A stretch of 63,633 nucleotides of DNA from Planctomycetota bacterium (GTDB lineage Bacteria > Planctomycetota > MHYJ01 > JACQXL01): the NCBI GenBank assembly GCA_040753835.1, contig JBFMDM010000001.1:1-63633 (forward strand). The letters run 5' to 3'. The first letter of the stretch is position 1. Each line of letters opens with the position of its first letter. Positions 27,063 through 34,429 of the stretch are shown here, one piece after another. The translations under genes were made by a program, and so were the position numbers. The notes below the pieces were generated by a model. The model was given only the letters and a program-made list of their open reading frames with translations, ran no database searches and was not told where the DNA came from.

Positions 27063-27929
27063 TTAGACAATGTATCCGACGACAGTGATATAGAGTGTAA
27101 GCGTTCCAACCCATGGCCCACCCACGGACTCCAAAGCATACTCAATCGTCCTCGGACCTGTGCCAACTACCAGCGGAACAATCCCCTGATTAGCCACCTG
27201 TGAATTCGCGCCCGGAATCAAACCCAAGCCGAGCGCATCGCGCTGGTCAGTGTTAGTTCTCACCCTGAAGAACGCCCGGCCTGTGGCAAACGACTGGTTG
27301 AAGATTCCCAGTTGCAGAATCACTGCCTTGGCCTGCGCCGGAATCCAGGGACTCAAATCAAAGACCGTGTAGGGAATATCCGCGCTGATGTCGGTCAGGT
27401 ACAGCGCCTCTACCGAAGGCGTCAGGAACGACATCCGGTCCCCACCGCCCACTCCGGGCGCTAACTTCTCGGCCGTGACTGCTCCATTCTGTATTTCACC
27501 TGTGCCGATGGCATTGTTAGCGATTTTCCCTTGCGTGATTGTATTTGTGGCAATCTTGGCATTGGTCACTGCGCCATCCGCAATCTTGAGCGCTGTTACC
27601 GCGCCGCTGGGCAGTTTATCGCCGGTCACCGCGCCATTGGCAATCTTATCGGCGCTTACCGCGTCGGTTGCCAGTTTGGTGTTGGTCACCGAACCGTCCA
27701 TCAGCGGAATCACCGAGACATCGCCGCCTAATTTGGCCAGTGTAACCGCGCCGTCCGCAATATCCTCGGTCCGGACTTGGCCCGGAGCGATATCCACTGA
27801 CTTGATGGTCTCGTCCTTGATTTTCTCCGAGGTGACTGCTTCGTTGGCAATCTTCTCCTCGGTTACCGCGCCCTCAACGATAGCAGGCGTCGTAACTTTA
27901 CCGTCAAAATATTTTGGTCTATATGTCAT
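27063..27929 (-). CDS. B-family protein, copy B1: ~14 eleven-residue repeats + GGGDR hinge + conserved C-terminal domain
   Basis: SD AAGGGGGTGA lies 5-6 nt before the ATG at 27929 (the track start at 27938 is GTG). Repeats look like GAVT.EKIA./DGAVTNAKIA. The C-terminus matches 1-377 and 59465-59830. Confidence 0.8.
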   Translation of the reverse strand: MTYRPKYFDGKVTTPAIVEGAVTEEKIANEAVTSEKIKDETIKSVDIAPGQVRTEDIADGAVTLAKLGGDVSVIPLMDGSVTNTKLATDAVSADKIANGAVTGDKLPSGAVTALKIADGAVTNAKIATNTITQGKIANNAIGTGEIQNGAVTAEKLAPGVGGGDRMSFLTPSVEALYLTDISADIPYTVFDLSPWIPAQAKAVILQLGIFNQSFATGRAFFRVRTNTDQRDALGLGLIPGANSQVANQGIVPLVVGTGPRTIEYALESVGGPWVGTLTLYITVVGYIV

Positions 27930-27987
27930 ATTTATCACCCCCTTTGTTATTCTGAATAAATGTTATCAAAAGGAGGTCGCCCAGCCC

Positions 27988-28004
27988 CCCGACGTTACGT
28001 CGGG
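27988..28004 (-). promoter_or_regulatory. Intercistronic stem-loop between A1 and B1
   Basis: CCCGACG-tta-CGTCGGG (7-bp stem), with no U-tract. Confidence 0.4.
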
Positions 28005-28030
28005 AGGCCGGGACTCTCCTTAACAACTCT

Positions 28031-28837
28031 TTACGGGGTTGTCAGTCCGGTCTGTATCCAGAGATACAGCAAGCCGCCGGCGTCCTGTGCCCAGACACAG
28101 AAGCATTTGTCAGATGCCGGTGTGGTCACAAAGACGTCGCACTTGGCCGGGTCGCGCATACCGTTCAGGAGTTCGGTATTGACGAGGTTCTCCTCCTGAA
28201 GCGCCTCGGGCTTAAAATCCTGGTTGATGACCATCAATCCGCCCTGAATGATTCTCTGCTGAACCGCGGCCTTAAGAGCCACTCTTTGCCTGGACTTGGC
28301 GATGTCGTAAGGCATTCCATCGGCAAAGTCGCCGGATGAAATCCAGCCCTGCGCGCGTTCGTCGCCGACCAGATAAAAGGCCGCAATCGGCGCCACGCCG
28401 CGTCCGCGGATCCTATCACCGGTCAGCCGGAGTGTCTTAGCCATCACCTTTAGCGCCCAGCGGTCCTTGGCATTGTCCACCCGCGCCTTGAAATCCCTGG
28501 CCACCACACCGTCCTTGGTCGCGAAGACGTCATTTATCTTCTCGTTCCATTTGCTGTATGCGGTAACTATGTTCTTGGCGTGAGTCCCTCTGATGCCGGA
28601 GTCCGTACGGTCGCTCTTGGAAATAAAGCCCGGCGGAACATAAGGGCCGTAGCCCTTAGTAGACGGCGTGGCTATATCCTTGATGAATGTTGCATCATCG
28701 GGAATCTTGGCCTGCCTGCGGTCGTTCATTATCTCCGCGGCCCGTTTCAAACCCTCAGCCCAGCGGTCCGGCATATCGCCGGCCGGCTCTGCGCTTTCAG
28801 GCACATAGAGTTTTAACTCAAAATGCTTGGTAAACAT
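28031..28837 (-). CDS. A-family protein, copy A1 (268 aa, soluble, unknown function)
   Basis: SD GGGAGGTG lies 7 nt before the ATG at 28837. It is a paralog of 60644-61438 (shared blocks AEIMNDRR/AETINNRR, LRLTGDRIRGRG/LRFTGSRARGRQ, DPAK...C.VW). Confidence 0.8.
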   Translation of the reverse strand: MFTKHFELKLYVPESAEPAGDMPDRWAEGLKRAAEIMNDRRQAKIPDDATFIKDIATPSTKGYGPYVPPGFISKSDRTDSGIRGTHAKNIVTAYSKWNEKINDVFATKDGVVARDFKARVDNAKDRWALKVMAKTLRLTGDRIRGRGVAPIAAFYLVGDERAQGWISSGDFADGMPYDIAKSRQRVALKAAVQQRIIQGGLMVINQDFKPEALQEENLVNTELLNGMRDPAKCDVFVTTPASDKCFCVWAQDAGGLLYLWIQTGLTTP

Positions 28838-29565
28838 TGTTCTCACCTCCCTTGTCGTTTTGTTAGAGGGTTACGAGGTTGTCCTCCGAACTTGCGCCGG
28901 AGAAGGGCTCAAGAGAAAGGTCGATATCCTGAAGAACTATGACAATCGCCACTCCAGCAACCGCCATAGGGAGTGAATCGCCAGGAGCATCCTGCCTTCT
29001 CTCTCCTCCACCCTCTCATTGCAGGACCGGCGGTATTTTGGGGCGAAAACCAGCAAAATATGCCGAAAAAATTGCCGCAACTCTTTGTTTGGGCAGGAGA
29101 TAAAATATTTGTTGAAAAAAATGCAAAATTCTTCAAGGGGGTGTTCTTGCGGGTTTTAGCGCCCTTTAACCTTAAGAATAATCAGGCAGGGCTATACCTG
29201 TATTCAAGGAGGTACAGATTCTTGGTAAGAGGAGAAGATGTTGTTGATACGATAGGTACGGGGAGTTAACAAGAGAGAAACCGGCTCTTGTTTTAAGAAA
29301 TGTATGCTTTTATTTAGAGAGGTATCGGGGGGCGTTTAAGGGGAAGCAGGTTGCCGATCAAACAGATATGCGCTTTTATTTAAAGGGGAGCGGGCAGTTA
29401 TCCAAAGAAGTATCGGGGGTTGATTAGAGAGATATCTGTTTTTATCCAGAGAAGGTGTGGGGCCTATTTAGGTCGTAGGGGGTATCTACCCGGTAGGGAT
29501 GGGGTATTGGGTAGATTAGCAAGGGGTATTCCCCCAGTCCCCCTGCGGATAAATTGGTTTTAAGA

Positions 29566-29593
29566 TTGACAGAACTTGTGGAATTGGTAATAT
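29566..29593 (+). promoter_or_regulatory. Sigma70-type promoter for the ATPase operon
   Basis: TTGACA (29566-29571), 16 nt, then TAATAT (29588-29593). SD AAAGGAGG lies at 29601-29608 and the ATG at 29618. Confidence 0.5.
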
Positions 29594-29617
29594 TGTCTTA
29601 AAAGGAGGCATACTAAA

Positions 29618-30604
29618 ATGATAAACAAGATTCTAGAAATCAAGAATTTCAAGTCCATCAAACACCTGAAACTGGATTGCAAGAAGATAAACATCTTCAT
29701 CGGCAAGCCCAATACAGGCAAGTCCAATATTTTGGAAAGCGTGGGATTTTTCTCGCTTCTTCACGGTGCTGACCACTTTAAAAAATGGATTAGGGTTCAA
29801 AATACAACTAATTTGTTTTATGATAATGACCTATCCCAACAAATATCAATAAATATTGATAATTCCAGGGGGACTCTGAAATTTAACAACGGTTCATTTG
29901 ATGGCGAGATAAGAATGCGTATAGGAGACCAAAGACAGAGTTTTATTTTTCATACTTATTATGATCCCCGTCTTCAGTGGCAAAAAGGTTGGAATACTAA
30001 AGCACCGTTTAAATTCTATAAGTTTAACATTCAAGATTCATTTCAGAGTAGTGATGCGAATTTTTTACACCCGCCGGATGGTGATAACCTATTGACTATA
30101 TTATTAACAAGTAAATCATTGAAAAAGGCAGCGGCAGATATATTCAGTGAATATAAGTTAAGAATTGTATTAAAACCACAGGAGCGTCAAATAGAAGTTC
30201 AGAAAGAAGTTGATGATGTTGTGATTTCCTGGCCATATTCGCTCGTCTCAGATACATTACAAAGGATTGTCTTTCATTTAGCGGCTATTGAAACAAACAC
30301 GGATTCGGTGATAATATTAGAAGAGCCGGAATCCCACAGCTTCCCGTATTACACGACATTTCTGGCTGAACGGATTGCCTTAGACAAGACCAACCAGTAT
30401 TTTATTGCTACGCACAACCCGTATTTCCTATTTTCTATTCTGGAAAAAGCACCTAAAGAAGATGTTGGGATATTCATTACCTATTTTGAGGACTACCAGA
30501 CCAAGGTTAGACCAATTAAGGATGAAGAAATGGCCCAGGTTTTTGATTTGGATGATGACATCTTCCTTAATTTGGATAAATTTATAAAATCCGGGAAAGA
30601 ATAA
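29618..30604 (+). CDS. ABC/SMC-like ATPase of the AAA_15/AAA_21 type (AbiLi/AriA/OLD-N-terminal-like)
   Basis: N-terminal ILEIKNFKSIKHLKL, Walker A GKPNTGKSN, signature-like SDTLQRIV, Walker B VIILEEPE and H-loop ATHNP. The region is AT-rich. Confidence 0.8.
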   Translation: MINKILEIKNFKSIKHLKLDCKKINIFIGKPNTGKSNILESVGFFSLLHGADHFKKWIRVQNTTNLFYDNDLSQQISINIDNSRGTLKFNNGSFDGEIRMRIGDQRQSFIFHTYYDPRLQWQKGWNTKAPFKFYKFNIQDSFQSSDANFLHPPDGDNLLTILLTSKSLKKAAADIFSEYKLRIVLKPQERQIEVQKEVDDVVISWPYSLVSDTLQRIVFHLAAIETNTDSVIILEEPESHSFPYYTTFLAERIALDKTNQYFIATHNPYFLFSILEKAPKEDVGIFITYFEDYQTKVRPIKDEEMAQVFDLDDDIFLNLDKFIKSGKE

Positions 30605-30607
30605 ACA

Positions 30608-31102
30608 ATGCGATATGTAGAATGCTACAAGGACGAAACACTGGCAAAAAGATTAGGCATACCAAAACAACAGATTAGACACAGCCCCGGTAAAACCAAA
30701 CTTTGTTATGGGTTAGAAAATACAACAAACTCTAAGGGAATGATAGATGAAGAACCCTGGAGCAGAGGGAACGAGGAAATTCCTTATATAAAGAAACTAA
30801 AAACATCAAACCCACAGGGATGGAATAACTTACAGCACAGCATCAGGGTTTTAGATGACAAGGACAAGCAAAACAAATTAATTGTTTTATGCCCAAATCT
30901 GGAAGGATGGATTTTAGAGGCGGCCAAAGAGGTTAAAATAGACGTTACGAAATCACCGTATGGATTACCCGATGATAAAGACGAATTGCATAAAGTATTA
31001 GGCACTAAGACCAGAAACGAAAACTACGAAAAACTCCTGGACGCAATGCTAAAAGCCAAATCCCCGATGCTTAAAACACTGGAGCAACTCCTAAAAAAGT
31101 AA
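30608..31102 (+). CDS. Small protein, possibly Toprim-like (RloB/DUF4276/DUF4435-like partner of the ATPase)
   Basis: It starts 3 nt after the ATPase stop. An N-terminal acidic strand (YVECYKDE), GMIDEEP, and LIVLCPNLEGWILE resemble the E...DxD...(P.lE.Wl) layout of OLD-type Toprim partners. This was read by eye only. Confidence 0.35.
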   Translation: MRYVECYKDETLAKRLGIPKQQIRHSPGKTKLCYGLENTTNSKGMIDEEPWSRGNEEIPYIKKLKTSNPQGWNNLQHSIRVLDDKDKQNKLIVLCPNLEGWILEAAKEVKIDVTKSPYGLPDDKDELHKVLGTKTRNENYEKLLDAMLKAKSPMLKTLEQLLKK

Positions 31103-31106
31103 ACCG

Positions 31107-31610
31107 ATGGATAAGTTAAGAATCAAGAAAGGATTCCTTAGATTTCCAGTTATTTCACACGGTGCGGAGTTTCTCGTCCAGGGATATTTAATGCGCCGGA
31201 ATATCCTGACCTACAAAGCACCGCCTAATAATGAGGGCTACGATTTAATATGCATTCATCCCGACCCAAGGATAAAAGGCAAACAGGTAAGGATTCAGGT
31301 AAAAAGTCGTTACCAAACTGATTGTGGTTTTTGGTTCCCTGTTAAGGAAAAAACGTTTAGGGGCTTTGACTTCTTAATAGCGGTATTCCTAAATGTGGGA
31401 TATTTTTATAAGAGAGGGGTGTCTTCCGTAAACGGACAACAGATACCAGAGTTTTATACTTTCCCTGTGAGTTTTATTAGGCGACACCACGATAAAAAAT
31501 CATCTTGGCATTTGGTAAATTTAGAAGGCGTCAATATTGAAAAATATAAAAATGAAAGAGGTTTTGAACTAATCGCCAAAGCACTTAATATACCTTATCC
31601 ATCAAGATAA
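31107..31610 (+). CDS. PD-(D/E)XK nuclease-fold protein (Hjc/restriction-endonuclease-like)
   Basis: It starts 4 nt after the previous stop. The motif order is GAEFLVQGYL ... GYDLICI ... VRIQVKSR, which is E ... D ... (E/Q)xK. Confidence 0.5.
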   Translation: MDKLRIKKGFLRFPVISHGAEFLVQGYLMRRNILTYKAPPNNEGYDLICIHPDPRIKGKQVRIQVKSRYQTDCGFWFPVKEKTFRGFDFLIAVFLNVGYFYKRGVSSVNGQQIPEFYTFPVSFIRRHHDKKSSWHLVNLEGVNIEKYKNERGFELIAKALNIPYPSR

Positions 31611-31643
31611 TTATTACACCAATTAGCAATAAGGAGAATGTTT

Positions 31644-32402
31644 ATGCGCAAAGGATTCTTCATCCGCATTGGCACGCGCACCACGAGCCGCAAAAAATCA
31701 GCCATCCAGGCCGCCCTGGAGCGCCGGATGTTAGACCGGCACCTGGACTACGTCATCGCCAAATACCACCCGGCCCTGCTTTATTCCGTCCGGGAAATCG
31801 TCCTGAACCAATACGGCGCGGGCAAGATTATCGGATTTTCGCCCGAGGAGTTCGTGGATAACTGCATCAAGGACGCCTTTAGCCGCATCAGGGAATACGA
31901 CCCGAAATACAAGTTCCGGACCTTCCTGTGCAAGATGATAGTCATCCCGGCCCTGGTAAACCTCCTGCGCGAGGCAAAGAAGGAGCGCACGGCCATAGAG
32001 GCCTATGTGGCCGAGAAGAAAACCATCCAGGATTTGGAGAGCGAATTTGAGACCGCGCTCAGATACGCCCTGACCAAACAACTCTTCTTTGACGCCCTGA
32101 TGCGCTACAAGAACGAAGAGCCGATTCGCTACGAGGTCTTTTGTATGTCCTTCTATGAGAAATTATCCTATCCCAAGATTAAGGACGAACTGGGCAAACT
32201 CTACCCGCATCTGCAGGTGGAATCCAGCCGGTATGTCCGAACGCTCCACGAGCAGGCCATTAAAGGGCTGAAACACTACCTGCGCCAGACCTACCATGGC
32301 CGGAAGTATTTTGACAAAGACCTGATAATGGACGATAAATTCCTCAAACGGCTAAGGGCGGAAACAACCAAGGCGAAGGCAACCACAGATGGACGCAGAT
32401 AA
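31644..32402 (+). CDS. ECF-like sigma-70 family factor
   Basis: Region 2-like CIKDAFSRIREYDPKYKFRTFLCKMIVIPALVNLLRE and region 4-like RYEVFCMSFYEKLSYPKIKDELG...YVRTLHEQAIKGLKHYLRQ. The SD AAGGAGA touches the first ATG (31638), so the second ATG (31644) is preferred. Confidence 0.65.
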   Translation: MRKGFFIRIGTRTTSRKKSAIQAALERRMLDRHLDYVIAKYHPALLYSVREIVLNQYGAGKIIGFSPEEFVDNCIKDAFSRIREYDPKYKFRTFLCKMIVIPALVNLLREAKKERTAIEAYVAEKKTIQDLESEFETALRYALTKQLFFDALMRYKNEEPIRYEVFCMSFYEKLSYPKIKDELGKLYPHLQVESSRYVRTLHEQAIKGLKHYLRQTYHGRKYFDKDLIMDDKFLKRLRAETTKAKATTDGRR

Positions 32403-32455
32403 ACACGGATAGCTACAGATTACACAGATGGCACAGATAAGAAAGGATATTTATT

Positions 32456-32743
32456 ATGGGTGATGAATATGTAAAAGATAAAGATAAAAACCAGATATTA
32501 TCTGAACTTAAAGGCACTGCTCTTCCAGGTTCCGTCGTGCATGAACAGCAAAAAATGGCAATTATGATAAGGTGTACGGAAGATATAGAGAAAACTATTG
32601 AAGGATTACGCAAACAGATTGAATTATCAACAAAAGAAACATCATCTTTAAATCGCGGAGTATTTTGGTTAACGTTCATTTTAGCTGTAGCAACAGTGGT
32701 TGGTGCTTTTGCCACTGTATGGAATGTCTTCTGTAAAAAATAA
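32456..32743 (+). CDS. Small tail-anchored membrane protein (possible minimal anti-sigma or effector)
   Basis: 95 aa with a C-terminal TM (VFWLTFILAVATVVGAFATVW) and an SD-like AGAAAGGA. The region is AT-rich. Confidence 0.45.
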   Translation: MGDEYVKDKDKNQILSELKGTALPGSVVHEQQKMAIMIRCTEDIEKTIEGLRKQIELSTKETSSLNRGVFWLTFILAVATVVGAFATVWNVFCKK

Positions 32744-32783
32744 TGACGATAAATAGATTATTCTATTTATCTGTGGTTAAAGT

Positions 32784-34364
32784 ATGAAGCCATTTAAAAA
32801 GATAGGCCAATACGAGATAATTGACACCCTTTACGCCCGGCCGGATTATGCCTGCTATCTGGCCTGCGGCCCGGATGATAAGAATTATGTCATCAAGGCC
32901 TTTGACCTGGGACTGCTGGAGAACGCCTCGGCTGAACTCAAAGCGGCCCGGCAACTCCAGGAAATCTCACACCCCAACTTAGTCAGAATCATTGAGGTCA
33001 AGCGCGATACCAAACTGAAAATCTACTACTACGTGATGGAATGCTGGGGCGACGACCTGCGCAATACCCTCAAGGAAGTCAAAGCCGACCCCAAATGGAT
33101 TCTTGATATTATCAAACAGGTATTAGCCGCATTGTCCGAATTGCACCAACACAATATGGTGCACCGGGACATCAAGCCGGAGAATATCTTTCTTAAGGGC
33201 AATCAGGTCAAGATAGGCGATTACGGGTTGGTCAAGTCCCAGCGTTATGTGACGCAACTCACCACCATTGCCGGCACGCGCGACTATATGGCGCCCGAAG
33301 TCCTGGGCGGTAAGCCGTATGATTATAGGTGTGATATATATTCTACAGGCGTGGTATTAAAGGAACTGCTGGGTGATGAAACGCATGGAGAGGTTTGTAG
33401 CAAGGCAATGGCAGAGAAGCCAACAGACCGATTCCAGACCGTGGAAGAATTCATCAACGCCCTAACCCACCGCAAAGACGCAAAGACAACAAATTCCTTC
33501 ACTGTAATTGACGGCAAGATAGTCAGAGGTCTAAGGTGTCCTATTCGGCCTAAAGAGAATTCTCTTGGCCAACTCAGTACCCCGGTGGTTAAAAGCCCAA
33601 TATTCCAGAAACTGGATATCCAGCGCTACCCGCCCAAGCCCGAACTGCGCGGACAGGACGACCCGGGCGTTCTGGTCAAGACACTACAAACAAGATTGGA
33701 TGAGATTCTTCGTTCCACTCCCCGAAATAATCGGGACTCCGTTGCGGCTTCGCAGAATGACAAATATCAGAGTGCCTTGCCGGTAGCAGAAGAATGGACT
33801 AAGGCGGTAGAGCAAAGATTCACCAGACAGAATTCCCGTACGGCCGATGCATACGATAAATTAGCCGGCATATATCTGCTATTAGGTAACCACCAAAAAT
33901 CAGAAGAGAATTATAGAATCTCTTCAGAGATTGACCGCCGCCTCTATGGAGAACCCTCCCGTCAGGCCGTAAGTGATTATTATCATCTGGCGCAGATGTT
34001 CGCCCACGCTGGTAATTATTCAAAAGCAAAGGAGTGTTACGGTTTTTCCCTGCGGATGGCCATTAAGAATACTTCTGACTATACAATCATCGCTAATAAT
34101 ATTGCGGTAGTATATTGTTATTTGACGGAATATCAACTGGGCTTAAACTTGCTAAAAGAAGCATTAGTAACAAACGAGAAACAGAACCGGTTCTCCGAGC
34201 CGGTGGTAATCAATCTCTACAATATGGCCTTGACCTATGAGGCGATGGGAAACAAGGGCACAGCCGAGCCGCTCTATAAACAGGCCAAAGATACGCTGGC
34301 CAAACTCCCGCCGGACAAGATAACCCTTTCAGAACAGGACAAACAGCGAATTTCTCACGGATGA
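32784..34364 (+). CDS. Hanks-type Ser/Thr protein kinase with C-terminal TPR repeats
   Basis: YVIKAF (VAIK Lys), HRDIKPENIFL, GDYGL (DFG variant), YMAPEV, and C-terminal TPR-like Y..LA..Y...G.Y..A repeats. Confidence 0.85.
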   Translation: MKPFKKIGQYEIIDTLYARPDYACYLACGPDDKNYVIKAFDLGLLENASAELKAARQLQEISHPNLVRIIEVKRDTKLKIYYYVMECWGDDLRNTLKEVKADPKWILDIIKQVLAALSELHQHNMVHRDIKPENIFLKGNQVKIGDYGLVKSQRYVTQLTTIAGTRDYMAPEVLGGKPYDYRCDIYSTGVVLKELLGDETHGEVCSKAMAEKPTDRFQTVEEFINALTHRKDAKTTNSFTVIDGKIVRGLRCPIRPKENSLGQLSTPVVKSPIFQKLDIQRYPPKPELRGQDDPGVLVKTLQTRLDEILRSTPRNNRDSVAASQNDKYQSALPVAEEWTKAVEQRFTRQNSRTADAYDKLAGIYLLLGNHQKSEENYRISSEIDRRLYGEPSRQAVSDYYHLAQMFAHAGNYSKAKECYGFSLRMAIKNTSDYTIIANNIAVVYCYLTEYQLGLNLLKEALVTNEKQNRFSEPVVINLYNMALTYEAMGNKGTAEPLYKQAKDTLAKLPPDKITLSEQDKQRISHG

Positions 34365-34429
34365 TGAGTATCTTGAGACATATCTATTTCTTGCCAGCGG
34401 GCGGTTAATAAGGTAATAGTGACGTCAGT

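Noticed and set aside
27063-28837. Interpreting the A/B modules simply as prophage remnants (capsid + tail fibre).
   Set aside because: It is not adopted as the call. None of the three copies has an adjacent terminase, portal, protease, tail, integrase or att-like repeat, and the flanks are housekeeping genes that differ at each copy. Phage ancestry of the folds remains possible and is kept as a hypothesis to test, not as an annotation.
28909-29269. ORFs of 75 aa (-) and 98 aa (+) upstream of A1.
   Set aside because: They lack a ribosome-binding site, have Cys/Trp/Phe-rich odd composition, and mutually overlap on opposite strands. They are treated as non-coding regulatory DNA.
29270-29560. 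A possible CRISPR array (also considered for 18099-18274).
   Set aside because: The repeats are degenerate with irregular spacing and length. There is no conserved 24-40-nt unit alternating with unique spacers, and no cas genes are present in the window.
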